NCBI GenBank assembly: GCA_017499595.2
Contig: CM039007.1
Location: forward strand, 2,108,001-2,172,000
Length of the DNA: 64,000 nt
Reading direction: 5' to 3'
From: Psilocybe cubensis
Lineage: Eukaryota
Made by a program: the position numbers and the translations under genes. The notes beneath the pieces were generated by a model that did not search any database, had not been told where the DNA came from, and worked only from the letters and a program-made list of their open reading frames with translations. Below, piece by piece: positions 1-13,329 of this stretch; the stretch's first letter is position 1, and the number at the start of each line of letters is the position of its first letter.

Positions 1-2927
1 ATCCGGCACCTCCGCAAACGTCCTGTTAGGATCATTCAGACGCAGCATCTCGTCCTGCTTCAAGTGTTTATGCAGCCTCAGCGCAAGCGTGTCCGTAGCA
101 GGGTTTGACGGGGCGCACAGCAGCACGCACGCCTCGGGCTGCCGGTGGAATATCTGCAGTACCGTCTCCACCACGGTTCTAAGTAACAATAGAAGTGCAC
201 TTGTGAAGTAAAATACAACGCGATCCCGTACCTCGTCTTGCCTGTCCCAGGGGGGCCGCTGATAAGATGCGGAATCGGAGACTGGTTCAGCGCTACAGCG
301 CAAACAGCCATCTACACAACGTCAGTAGCAGACAATTTACAGCGACATAATATCATACTTTTTGCTCCTCATTAAGCCCGTGGTCTAGCCACTGCGACTC
401 TGCAATTTCGTCCTGGCACGGCGGCGGCAAGGGCGCGTGGAGGAGGTCCTCGGGCTCAGGGAACAACCACTGCCGCGCGAGTCCCGAGTCCGCGTCGAGA
501 ATCTTCGCTACAGCCGACACCGCTGCCTCCATCGCACACAGCGGGCGCGAGTTGGTCATAAATGATACATTAAAATAGAACGGAAAGTGGTCGTCCGGGC
601 CAAACACCGCATACCCGTTCTCCGTCTTGATATTGTCCTCCGTAAGCGTCACAAACGCCTGCGCGTGCTCTTTCAGCGGCACACTTGATATATCTAAAGC
701 AGCAGAATTCATTTTGCAGTTACAAAAGCACCACACAAGACTCACGAACAAGACCCTCCCTCTTGCGCAACGCGACAACGCGTCCCTCCAGCGCCCTATT
801 ACTGCCCCGCTTCTCCGCCTCCAGCACCTCGCGCAGATGCACGAGGTCCCCAATCTCCAAGTACGGATGATTCTCCCGTATCCCGGGGACAGAAAGCACA
901 AATTCGGCATCTTTCCAAATCTCTACTTTCGGGTTGAGCTGCCACAGCACAATGCTCTCCTTCTTGCGCGCAATGGCGTCGAGCTCCCAGCGCAGAATCT
1001 CTACCCAGTGCGCATGGTAGCTCGTCGGGGTCAATGGGGATGGTTTTGCATCTGTGGGTATCGGTGGCGCGTGGAGTAGCGCGAGTCGGTCGGTGCGTAG
1101 AGATTCGTCAATTAATCGAGGAATTAAAAATGATTGTAGATATTTGAGGGATGGAAATACAGGGAGAGGAGGAAGAGGCTTTAACGGATGAATTTGGTTT
1201 TGGATATTGAGAAGATATTGGGGAACGAACACTTCTGCCTACAGGTTTACATGAATGTTAGCATGATGTCACTGAATTAACACCACTGGTGCTCATACAT
1301 ATTTTGACGGCTGGTGCTCATGCATATTTTCCAGAAAAATATGTATCGGTGATTATATTTCCTGTTTGTTTTTGACATATTTTCCTGGAATAACCTCAAA
1401 AATACGTCGAAAACCAACAGGAAACATACACGGCTGGCGCTCATGCGTATTTGCCAGAAAAATATGTATCGGTAATTATGTTTCCTGTTTGTTTTTGACA
1501 TATTTTTGAGGTTTATAGACTCTGGGGCTGCCTAATCAGGGAAACCCGAAGTCTATATACCTCAAAGATGCGTCGAAAATCAACAGGAAACATAATTACC
1601 CATACATATTTCTCTGGAAAATATGAATGAGCGCCAGCCGTGATAATTACCCATACATATTTCTCTGGCAAATATGCATGAGCGCCAGCCGTGTTTCCAG
1701 CAAAATAAGGACCAGTAATTATGCCTCCTAATTTCTTTTCACGTATTTTTTTGGAATATAGGTATCAGGTGGCTTCCTTAACACAGCTGGCGCTGGTACA
1801 AATTTGCTAAAAAACATGGACTGGCAATTATGTTTCCTATGTTTTTGACGTATTTTTCTGGGATATAGGTTTTGGGCTTGACGGGCAACCGCAAAGCCTA
1901 TATTCCAGAAAAATATGTCAAAGAAAATTAGGAAACATAATGACTGGTCCTTATTTTTCTGGAAAATATGTATGAGCACCAGCAGTGCAATTGGGCAACC
2001 CCGAAGGCTATATACCGGGAAAAATACGTCAAAAAAAACATAGGAAACATAATTGCCAGTCCATATTTTTGTGGACAATATGTACCAGCGCCAGCCATGG
2101 AAGTGGAATAGGGACCGTTCACCGACATAATAATCAAACTGAAAGTCTTTTTTAGGGTTCTAGCAGCACTAAGATTAGCCCTTTATCAGCGTCCATTAAT
2201 ACAGAAACCACACGCTCACATCTGGATTTTTGTCTGCTTTTATGTCATTTTTGAGAGACTTTGGAGACACACTGGGCGACGTGGGCGGTTTCATATTGGG
2301 CGACTTTGCAAGAAGCGACGCAGGCGGAGGCAGCTCGGGCGGTAGCGCCAGTTTCCTCGTCTTATCAGGACTATCTTTCAGCTGCGTGGAAGGGGGCTCC
2401 CTCCGAGGAGTCAAAAGCGGCCTTGAGCGGTATCCGGGCGGGGGAGCGAGACGACCCTTCCAAAAGTCGTCGATCTGGCTGTGCTCTGACAAAGGTGCTG
2501 TGGCTGACAGCAGGTCCTCGGACATGTTGGGCGCAGGGCGGGGAGGTATAGCGAGGCCTGGGGGGTGCTGCGGGGTGTTGGGTAGATCCTGGGCCATTGA
2601 ATTTGGGTGTCTAGGGAGAAACCAGCCATTGGGGTCGCGCTGGTAGGTCAATGGGGCCATGTAGACATTCCCATTGAGCGGCGGTACGTGGGGCGGGTGC
2701 TGTTGGTGGTGATGGTGGTGGTGATGGGGGTGAGGTTGGGGGAGTTGGTGTGGGTGTGGGTGTGGGTGTGGGTGTGGGTGAATGTGGTAGTGGTGTGGGC
2801 GGGGCGGGGGTGGGTGGTGTTGGTGGGCATTGTTTGAAGCAGAAGCTGCAGGTGACAAAAGCGGACTAAATTGGGCAGGGAGAGGATAGACGAGGCCTGG
2901 TGGGCCATAGGGGTATTGCGGGTTCAT
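1..2927 (-). CDS. SF1B RNA helicase, MOV10/SDE3/Armitage-like; 3' end runs off the window; His/Pro-rich N-terminus
   Basis: Spliced exons: 2927-2220 (MNPQYPY...KNPD), 33-nt exon 2159-2127 (NPKKDFQFDYY), then from 1238 (AEVFVPQYL...LSVPGIRENHPYLEIGD, resembling the MOV10 VPG..E.RP...GD motif). Downstream are Walker A ISGPPGTGKT and motif Ia LCAPSNPATDTL. Introns are canonical GT-AG. Confidence 0.75.
1283..2099. mobile_element. Nested/tandem array of palindromic foldback (MITE-like) non-autonomous elements inside helicase intron 2
   Basis: Long imperfect palindromes at 1429-1642 (CACGGCTGGCGCTCAT...ATGAGCGCCAGCCGTG) and 1782-1987. Partial arms lie at about 1307-1428, 1643-1693, 1694-1762 and 1994-2099. 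No coding capacity and no clear target-site duplication. Confidence 0.7.
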
Positions 2928-3210
2928 AGAGCAGGACAAAAGACAACATTGACACGCGTTTGCCTTTGCAGACGCGTCTTCAATGTTGCTTCGCTGATCA
3001 GCCCTGCCAACAGTCAAACCCTTCCCCACTTCTTACCAAATACAGTCTCTCTTTCCCACAAGGGGCACAATAGGGGCCTAGCGCTCGTTCATACCCTGGC
3101 CTCCACTATTAGAGCACTTGCAAATCAATCTCTATGTGTCACAAAAATCCATTTAATCAAAGATACATGAACCTTCCCCGCTCATCACCGTATTTGCACG
3201 TACTAATCAA

Positions 3211-5108
3211 TCATCGCGAAAGAACACTACCAAAGGTAACACTGCTCCTCGCCGCTGCATGACCGTTCAGATGGATCATAGCCGCCCGATCCCACTGCTT
3301 CCAAGGCTCCTGTCCTTTCACAATCCGCGCCCGGGCAAGCGTAAACACCCATTTTTCAACCCAGTCGAGGAACCGGCTCGTGAGAATCATCATCCCGTCT
3401 TTCACCCTATCCAAAGTCCCACTATTCTCCTCGATAAAGTGACGAGGCGGCACCACAATCCCAAGAGACACAGGGATACCCAAACACCGAAGACGCTGGA
3501 GCAAGCCAGCCGCTCCCAACCTCGCACGCGCTGGCTCAAACACCCTCACAAACACCTCCTTCGAAGACACCCGAAACACCTTCTCCGTTTCACATCCCAG
3601 CAACAACGCATGCTCCGCCGACGGGCACAGACAAAGCAATAAAAACATCCGTGGCGAGAGATAGGAGACCACGAGCTTTTGCCGAGCACCATCTGATGCC
3701 GCGCCTCGATCCGGCGCGAATTCCAGGGGAGGCACATTTGGATCCGGGGCCACGATCGTCACTTCAACTCCAATATCCCGCACACGCGCTCTTAGAAACG
3801 ACTCCACCCGCCCTCGTGCGTATTTTTCTAGCAGGCCCTCGTCGAGCCATCTGACTCCGCCTGAAGGCTCTGAATAGGGTGTCCATGTAGCGGGGTGCGG
3901 TTCGGGGCGAAGGAACACGTCCAGTCGCTTTTTGTAGTGCAATTTCCATGCAATAAATAAAATGCGAGGTGTAGTCAATAAAAGTTCCAAAGGCGCTTTG
4001 GCGAGTGATAATAGCAGTGAAGGGGTAGTAAGTGGTGTGCTGTGTGAAGGTCGAAGCAACGCTGTCAGCTTTAAGACGCCTGGTTTCGACGGATCGTCCT
4101 CTGATGCAGTGTACAAGTGAACCCGCACGCAAGGTCTGGGAGGGTCTGAAGTAGTGTCGGTAGCCATGGGCGAATGAGTAGGTCTCTTTACAGAAACCCT
4201 GTAAAATCCCGATCTATCGTTGAAGGGAGATACGTGGAATTCCCTAGGGAATGTCCATTGATGGTCATACCTACAAGCGCCCATTCAACCAACGCAAAAA
4301 GTGTAACAAAAGCAACATACCCTCTAGCCACATTCTCATCCTCCTTAAATCCAACCTCAAGAACATGCACATGCGATTCTCCAAACGTATTATGAATCTA
4401 CGCCCACTATCAGCCGACCAAGCTCTTCCCAAAACCACAAACATCACTGACCTCAAGAACCACAGCCCAAAGATTACCTTGTGGGTTATAACAAAAATAC
4501 ACCGTCAACGGATTGATCCCTTCAAACCCACAAAAGCTCGGCATGGTCATCATCCACGCATCCTGTAATATCCTCTCCCCACCGTCCAAATGGCCCGTAT
4601 ACAGCAAGTGGTCCAACAACTTTTTCTTGATCGTCGTCGGCATCCTCGTTCCCCTCTTTCTCGCCCCTTGCACCTGTCCCTCCCTCTCCCGCCTCAAATA
4701 CATCTTCGGCCGCAACCCCACGACCCGTCCCCACACGCCCCCATACCCAAACACCCACCCACCCCCCAGATCCAGCGCGCGCTTTTCGAGCGCATTGAGC
4801 GAGACGAGCAGCGAGATCGTAGGGTACGTGAACGCGATGGCAGCCTCCTTCGGCAACAAGCGCGCGTGGGTTACCTGGTTGTGCAGGATATACCCTTGCA
4901 CCCCAACGTCGTGGGGGCCAGTGCTTCCAGTCCCAACTTGAAACGCATCGGTGTTGGCGTCGAGTGTCTGTCCGCCAGCGGATGACGTAGACTTGGATTT
5001 GGATTTGTAGATGTACAAAGAGAGCGGGAGGGAGATACAGACGACAGCAACACACACGTCCGCAATCGTAACTGTCTGCGATGCGGTCCTTAACGACATC
5101 GTGGTCAT
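3211..5108 (-). CDS. DUF1365 family protein
   Basis: Motifs GINPLTVYFCY, VLE|VHNTFGESHVHVL and FPREFHVSPFN across three exons. N-terminal hydrophobic segment. Start codon approximate. Confidence 0.8.
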
Positions 5109-5291
5109 GGACGATCGAGGCCAAGAGGTGTTTTTACACGTCCTATTTTTAGCGTCGCGTCTTTGATGTCGATCGATATCAATTATCACTGTTTGACGGA
5201 TGCGGTGCTCTTGTTTGGTCGGTGCAACTTCATACATTAACAGGCCTCGTAGCTTGTGGCAGCCTCGTGGCTCATTCACTTTCGATCCTCA

Positions 5292-7878
5292 ATGTCGTCG
5301 ATTCAGGAGGGAAACAACAGTCTTACGAACCAGTCTCTACCACAGGTCGAGGTAATGACGACACATTTCCTTTGTCGAGACTGATCATTCAAAGATTCCA
5401 ATGTTAAGCAGAACCAATCAAACTCTAATAGGTCCGACTCCCGTGCGGAAAGTTCGTCGACTCAGGAGGAAAACACTCCTCCACAAGTCGAGGTAACATA
5501 GTTCCCTGTCGAGACTCGTGAAATGATTTCAATGTTAAGCAGAATCAATCAAACACTGGGTCCGATTCAGACCATCCAGATCCGCCTAGCAAGTTATGGG
5601 GTATTCAAGACCCGTTCAAATACGCCCCGCCTAAACCTGAAGGAGATCCGTGGGCTCTGTTATTGGACCCGTTGATCAAGAAGGACAAGGCTCAATGTGA
5701 TGCCTGGAAGGATGAAGTACAGAACTTGCTCATTTTTGTGAGTATTATATCTGAGCGGTCGGATAGGTAAAAATTTGACCCCGTCTTGCTTAGGCTGGAC
5801 TGTTCTCTGCGGTTGTTACCGCTTTCATTCTCGAATCGTACAAGAACCTCCAAGCGGACCCTAACGACACCATTGTCTCCCTTCTTTCTCAAATAGCATT
5901 GCAAACGGATAGGTCTCTCAATGCAACTGCGGTCAAGTTGGAGCCCGCAAACCCTTTTGTGCCTACCCCGTCCTCTATTCGTGTCAACGTCTTCTGGTTT
6001 CTCAGTCTTATCCTCAGCTTGGCCACAGTCGTCATTGGTATTGTCTCTTTACAGTGGCTAAGGGAGCACCAGTCTTACGACTCAGACCTTTCGCCACGGT
6101 CAAAATATGCGCTATTCAATATGCGAGCTGATGGATTGAAAGCCTGGCACGTTGATAAATTTTTTACTGGTTTGCCACTATTGCTACAGTCTGCGCTGGT
6201 CCTCTTTCTAGGAGGAGTCATTGACTTTCTTCATGCTATTGGATATTGGGCTGTGACTATTCCTGTTATGATTGCCATTTCCTTCATCTTGATGTTCCTC
6301 ATTGCCACCACAGTTATCCCTTGTCTTCAAGTGATCCTTCTTTCCTTCACTCTCCCATATGATACCAAAAAAACCTCAAACCCGATTGTTCCTCCAAGGC
6401 AATGTCCATATAAATCACCCCAATCCCAAGCCATACAATGGATCTTCACATTTCTACATCAAACAAATGCACTTAATTATCTACAGAAAATTTCACTCAA
6501 TGTTAAAGCTTTCTCCAAACACCTCTTGGCGGGATATCCGGGCCGTTTTCGTTTTGTTGATTTTGGTGAAGCTAAAGACATCACTTCCTGTACCAACTTT
6601 ACACTATGCCTCCTCAAGGCTTTCAAAGCGCAACGGTGGGCGCAGTTTGATTTAGCCTGGCTTTGCATTCGTGATGCGTACATGCGACGCTCATTTAACA
6701 ATGACGTCTGCTCCCTTGGCTTTGAAGACAACTATACGTTTCCCATTTACGATGCCGTAGCACGGTTACTTCTACAGCGCTACCAGAAATCAACCGCTCA
6801 CTCGGCATATCACTGTTTTGACGAGATATCGCTGATGAATGATGTATATCGGGATAATGTGCCAGAACGATATTTGGACAGACTTTTAACGAATTCTTTG
6901 GGCCTTGCTGAGGATACAAGCTTGTTAGACTTTTTAGACATGCCAAGTGAACTTTCCTTCGACGCCAGTGACATGCCAGACGACCTCACCATCCTTCGCC
7001 AACAAAGCCTCATATATTTTGTTGGAGCCTTCCCGACTCATCATCAGCCGGTAATCGCATACCGACAACATAGACTTGAACTTTATGTCCGCCTGCTGGG
7101 GTACTTCCCCAAAAATTATAGTTACGTTGACGTGTGTGCGAACAAAAAAATCCCGTGGTGTTTAACCGTCCAAAAAAACTTTTACGACCTACGCATTAAT
7201 GATGTGGTTTCTGCAGAGGCTTCTGGTAAGCTTGCTCCATTCTAGTCGTTTTTTGAAATAGCTCATCAAAGGAGACACCACCTTTTGTCAGAAATTATGT
7301 GGCATCTGGGAGCTATCGCCTTGTCTGCTTTGCAAGACCTGGAGCCTATTGGTCGAACCGATCCTGTCGTATTTATTGATCGTTATGACTTGGCTGAGAC
7401 GATGCATTGGGTGTCCTCTGCCGCGCTCATGCACGCAAATTACTCGGTGAAGGGGAGAGAGAGAGAGCTCCTCAACCGAAGGGACTTCCGGGATCTTCTT
7501 TCATCAATCGTATTGTTTCTTGAAGAAAAAATGGCCAACCACGTTCAAGCTTTGAAAATATGGGCCAAACCTGATTTCCAACACCATCCATGCCTCCTTT
7601 TTTACTTGGCTGCTATCTGTTGCTACCAATTTAGCCAGGCCACTGAAGGTCATTCCTTCCACACTTTCTGCGCCACGGTGCAAGAATACAAGGAGCTCAC
7701 TATAGATGATGGTCGATGCGACCGGAAGATCGAAGCAGGGCTACGCTCTGGCTGTTTAACTGCCAATTCTGACCTTTTCTCCAAAAGGTGGTGGGATAAT
7801 ATGTACGTCAGACGTTCCAGTGCGACAGGGACACCCTCAGAGTCACTTGAGGAGATTCCTGATAGATACATCAATTAA
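5292..7878 (+). CDS. DUF6535-domain membrane protein (agaricomycete-expanded family)
   Basis: Spliced: MSSIQEG...; CDAWKDEVQNLLIF|AGLFSAVVTAFILESY; IRVNVFWFLSLILSL...LQWLREH; LPLLLQSALVLF; CPYKSPQS. These are hallmark DUF6535-type motifs. Confidence 0.8.
5295..5556 (+). repeat. Tandem duplication of an exon-end/intron/exon-start unit
   Basis: TCGTCGA(T/C)TCAGGAGG...CCACA(G/A)GTCGAG|GTAA...TGTCGAGACT...CAATGTTAAGCAG|AA(C/T)CAATCAAAC occurs twice, starting near 5295 and 5454. Confidence 0.8.
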
Positions 7879-8202
7879 ACGGTAAGTCGGATATATACCT
7901 ACTGTCATTTTATTGCCTAAGTTTTTATTTTGTAGGTATATATCCGACTTACCGTCCAATGATTCGACGAGACCATGAGGTGATAGAATAATGAGATGAG
8001 GTATAATTGATGTATGTATGAAGATGTATGACAAGAAATCAAGCCATCGAGTAATCGATTGTTAAGTTGGAAGCTAGGGGTGTACTCTGGTTTGATCCGC
8101 TCAGACGAGCACCAAAGATAAGATTAGATCTTGAGTCTACAGATCACGAGAAAAGAAAAAGTTGCCAAGCGCAACAGTGTACTTCAAGGTTGCCTCCGTT
8201 CT

Positions 8203-8751
8203 ATGTTATTCTGCCCGACGTGCTCTAATCTTCTCGTCATTTCTGCTGAAAGTGGGCTCAACAAATGGGCCTGTAACTCATGCCCATATGAGTTTCCCAT
8301 CACGAAGCAGGTGTGTGGTGTCGTACGAATTCAAACGGCCCACTCTCATAGTTGGGGATAGATGACTTCAAGGACGAAGCTGAAGAGAAAAGAAGTCGAT
8401 GATGTGCTAGGTGGAGATGCTATGTGGGCCCATGCCGACCAAACCCAAGGTGAGTGTCTAACGCAGTTCAGGTAGCACACGTCTCTCAGCATTCTTTTCT
8501 TTAGCTTCGTGCCCCAAATGCAACCACGACAGCGCATATTTCTATCAGCTTCAGATCAGATCTGCTGACGAACCTATGACGACGTGTACGCACTTTTTTC
8601 TTTCATTATATGCAGTGCTAATATCAAAATGTTTCTGTCTAAATCACAGTCTATCGGTGTGTACCTTCCTCATCCATGTTCAGGTTGTTCTTTCGCTGAC
8701 TGACTGGTGGTTAGATGTGTCAGTTGTGCCCACCAATGGCGCGAGAATTAA
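8203..8751 (+). CDS. RPC11: RNA polymerase III subunit C11 (TFIIS-like zinc ribbon)
   Basis: MLFCPTCSNLL...CNSCPY|MTSRTKLKRKEVDDVLGG|CPKCNHDSAYFYQLQIRSADEPMTT|FYR|CVSCAHQWREN*. Includes a 7-nt micro-exon at 8650-8656. Confidence 0.95.
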
Positions 8752-9337
8752 GGACTATGCACCTTGAAGTTCCCGTAATGTCAGATTCTTTGACATACCA
8801 CCAGAGTAGACTCCGCATCTTCGAGGTCGGCTCACTTTAGATCGCTACCGATCTTGCTGGAGTCAAATGATACCCATCAAGGCAGAGTTTTACCGAGAAC
8901 AATGAGAGTTTTCCTGGAGAATCATTTGGAAAGGCCTCACAGAGACCGGGTCATACATTCTGTCTCTGTTATACCAATTACTTGCGCATGTGTGGATCAT
9001 GATGATGGAATGTAGTCGAAAACGCGATATCGGCGTATCTGGTTAAATAGACAAGTATGATCATAATAATTCATATGTAGTCCTCACGGTAATTTTTTTA
9101 AAAATATCGCATGATTGTGCATTAGGAGAACTACCCAGCAACGAAATGGTTTGAACTTGGTGGAACGGTAGACAACTACTTGCGAACCTTAACGATACAG
9201 ACTCTCACGTGATCCAACCGAATTTTCGAACGCTGACGACGGTATCTTTTTTGCTACCGTGTAACCGTCTATTTTACCACTCACCGTCTTTACACCCTTC
9301 CTCTCTTTTAAACTGGCTAACTTATACCAGACTGCTC

Positions 9338-12300
9338 ATGCAGTACCTAGGAATGGGTCTGTATGCCTCAAAAGGGCCTTAATTGCACCAATATCCACTC
9401 GGGCAGCGGCGCGTCCATCCCATCAGCGCACTAACCCTATTACTTCTTCAACTCCTCATAATTCGAATACTAATAACTTAATATTGGGCAATAAAAGCCT
9501 TCATCGACCATCTTCCTCAATATGCGCCGGCCCATCTTATCGACACGCCTCAACATCCGCACAGACGCGTCCAGCTGCTGTTGCCGATGACGCTTCTGCT
9601 TCGATACCTGCGTTTACCAAGGAGGAGCAGGACGACATTTTTTTCACTCATGCAAACGAGTTTGCGGTGGAATCTATACGTCCAACGTACTCTGTCACAC
9701 GGCAGAGCGCGGCGGAGGGTGAATGGCTGCAGGATAACGACGACGTGCCCGCAGTGCCCAAAAAGGGCGCGTACAAGCCCGAGGTACTTTTTGACTGGAG
9801 AAAGAGGGCGCCCTCGCGTCTGGCTGCCGAGAAAAATAAAGTATATAAGAGACGTAAACGGGCCACGTTGGGTGACTTGCGCCCTGGGGATCCGTACTAC
9901 GACGAGACGCAGGAGTACTCGACCAAGTGGGCTTTTGTCCTATTTTTATAGCTGCTCAGATTTGACTGACCTATAAATTCTGTTAGGTTTTTAAAGCTTC
10001 TGTCGTTGGAGGAGGCTGAAGACGAGGCAGAGCTTCGGCACCGGTTGTCGACATGGAGTTTGGAGCGACTACAGAAAGAGGGCTACTGTATTACTGGGCT
10101 CAAGGCATACTGGCTCTCTCAAAACCAATTCGGGCGCCCCGTCGCATGCTTTAACTTCGGGCCAGGCCTCGAGCTCCCCGAAAACAAATTCGAGTATGCG
10201 CATTATTTTTCTTTCATTCTCACTCTGATGAATACCTATCTAGGAATGGCACACAGGTGCTAATGTCCCGCCTCGATCCTCTGAAAGAGCATCCTGTCAT
10301 TGGCTCAGTACTCTCGCGCGGCACGTCACACATCCATGTTTGCTTTCAGTCCCTTATGGACCTCAACGAAGGATTTTGGCGGCTCGACGTCGGCCGGCCC
10401 AATATAATGTACGAGCGGATGCGCGCTGCCATCTCGCACATGGACAACGACGTCACCGAAATTGAGGGCAAGGAGCCAGATGAGAAGACGCAGTACGTGC
10501 TCCAGGGAACGCACCTGCGGGACGTCCTTCTGCGCTCGTTGTCAGAGTCTTCTTCGTCTTCACCGGACGCAAAGGATGATAATGGGGAAGACGGGGAAAC
10601 TGTCTGCAAAGTCGATTCGCGGACCTCATTGGCTGACTTTAAGAATGGGGGCGCGTTCAAATACGATCAACGGATACATAGTTGGGCAAGGAGGTATTCA
10701 CAACCGAATCCCATCGTCATTGACGGCGACCCACCGCTACCGAATGTAAATGCGTCTCAATTGAGAGCTATGGCTGCCATGATTGGAGATCGGGTTAGCT
10801 TGATTCAAGGGGTGAGTCTACCTGACGCGAACTTCACTTTGTCCGGAATATTGCGTTAACCGAATCAATTGCTTTAGCCACCAGGAACGGGAAAGACAAA
10901 AACTATCATTGAGACTGTCAAACTGCTCAAGGTGGGCGCTTTTTACAAGATCTTGATGGTACCATGGAGTTTTAACTTTAACCAATGCCGCCAGGTCGAG
11001 TTCGAAGTCCCTCACCCTCTCCTCGTATGCACATACACAAACGTCGCAGTCGACAATCTCGTTGACGGCTTGGCGCGCGCGGGCCTGAAGCCTCTGCGGG
11101 TAGGCTACAGCGGGAATGTACGCGAAAGTTTGATCGAGCACACGCTCGACGCCAAATTATCGGCGCACCCGCTGCACCCGAAGCTCACGCAACTCGTCGA
11201 CGAATCCGCACAGACCGCAAAGGAAATCGAGGACTTGTGGCGCCGCAGTAGGACGCTGGAACTCAAGATCAAGGAGACGGCCGCGCCGAGGAAAAATGTG
11301 ATGACCCGCGCGAGTAATATGCGGAAAGCGCTCTTTGCGATGCAGACGAAGCAGATGAGGCGCAAGACGAAGATTTACGCGATGCAGCAACAGATGTTGC
11401 AGGATGTCGTGCGTGACGCGGATGTCGTAAGTTTTTTTTCTGTCTTTCTCTCTACCGTTTATTTGGCATGTTGTGCAGTGCGGGTGTTGAGGAGGCAACT
11501 GATCGGTTGTTTAATTTTTCTGTTAGATTTGTACGACGTGTATCACAACAGCTTGCAATGCACTCAATGTTGTTGATTTCCCGGTCGTATTTCTCGACGA
11601 GGCGTCCATGTCCACGGAGCCTGCGTCATTGATTCCCATTATGAAGGGGGTGAGAGATTGAGATTTTGCTAGACAGAAGATTTGTATCTATGCTAACGAA
11701 TCGCTTGTCAACTTTCATTATAGTCCCGTCACCTTGCGCTTATCGGAGACCACAAGCAGCTTCCACCGGTTATTATCAGTCCACAGGCGAAAGAAGGCGG
11801 ATTAGGTGTCAGTCTCTTCGAGCGGTTGACAGAGGAAGGACGTGAGTCTTTTTTTCTTTTTATAATTGCGATTCATTGGACGTTCGGGTATTTACCGAGT
11901 TGATTATGTGTAGATGTCCCGACTGTCATGCTTGACATGCAATACCGGATGCATCCTGCGATCTCGCATTTCCCGTCGAAGGAGTTCTACGATCTCGCGT
12001 TACTGGACGGGACGGTTGATGCTGGTGGAAACGCGCTCCCTGGTCTCGAGCCGCCGAGCTCGATGCACCTCCTACCGGACAACAAGCGGACATTCAAGCC
12101 GTCCGTTATTTTCCTAGACCATACAGGCAATGAGTCGATAAAGAGCAAGAGCCGGGTGAACATCACTGAAGCGCACATCGTCATGAGCGTCGTCGAAGAC
12201 CTGCTGCTGAGCAACCCGCACCTGCGCGGGGAGGACATCGGGATCATCGCGCCGTACGCAGCGCAGATCAAGCTGCTCACGCGCTTTTTGAACGTGGACG

Positions 12301-12866
12301 CGGAGTACAAGAAGCGCTTCGAGAGTGTGCTTGGCACGCATCGCGCGATGCAGCTCGGGCAGATCGAGATCAAGACGGTGGATGGGTTTGAAGGGAGGGA
12401 GAAGGAGGTGATTGTGTTTTCGACGGTGCGCAATAATTCGGCGGGGCATATTGGGTTTTTGGCGGATAGGAAGAGGTTGAATGTGGGATTGACGAGGGCG
12501 AAGAGGGGGTTGTTTGTTGTGGGCAGTATTGCGACGCTCAGGGCGGGGCAGAGCGAGGCTGATCATGATATGAGCGTGGGTGCGGGTGTGGATGCTGTAG
12601 ATGCGCTTGCGGATGCGGATGTGCTCGAGGCGGAGTTTGTGGATGGCAAGGTGAAGAGCAAGGCGAAGGCTAAAGGCAAAGGCAAAGGCAAAGGCTCGGA
12701 TTCATGGAGACGCTATGCGGAGTATTTGGTTAATGGGAATTTGGTGGTGTCGTTGACGGGAGAGGAGCTGGAGAGGGCGTTGTATGGTCATGTCAAGGCG
12801 GTCGAGGCGCAGGATCTCGCGGTGAGGTGGGAGCTGCAGCAACAGCAGCAGCAGCAGCAGGCATAG
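9338..12866 (+). CDS. SF1B UPF1/NAM7/IGHMBP2(Hcs1)-like DNA/RNA helicase; start uncertain
   Basis: LIQG|PPGTGKTKT, VCTYTNVAVDNL, FLDEASMSTEP, LIGDHKQLPP, SLFERL, LDMQYRMHPAI, KTVDGFEGREKE and RLNVGLTRAK. C-terminal polyQ. Confidence 0.85.
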
Positions 12867-13329
12867 CGCGTGCAGCTTGTGCCGATGGTGCGGGGCCCGG
12901 CGGGTGGCTATGATGGTTTTTTTTTTCTTTTTTTTTGATGCGATATGTCTATCCTATATGTTTTCCATTCTTCACCTCCCCACCCAAAAAAGATATGGCG
13001 CGTAAACGGTATAGTTTTACAATGCTTCAAGACACTGGACGTCCGCGATGCGTCGGTACGCGTGCGTGCCCCCGGGGTTAGGTTGGGCCGCGGAGGCGGA
13101 GGGCAGGAGATGGGTGTTCGGAGTCGGGAGGGGCAGGGTTGCCGTTGAGGGGGAGGGAGGGATCATGCATTCACGGTTTCAACGTTCGGCTCGCTGGGTC
13201 AGCTATGATGCATTACGCCTGTGCTAGCCGCTAGCCGCCAGCCGCGGCGCGTCGCTTAGCTGTTACCTTTTATCTTCGCTTTCGCCATCGCTTTCACCAT
13301 CGCGGTCGCAGTCTCGGTTGGAAGTTGTC

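Noticed and set aside
1283-2099. Repeat array read as a CRISPR array or as the small ORFs in the track
   Set aside because: The repeats are long inverted arms with no unique spacers, in a eukaryotic intron with no cas genes. The ORFs are by-products of the repeats.
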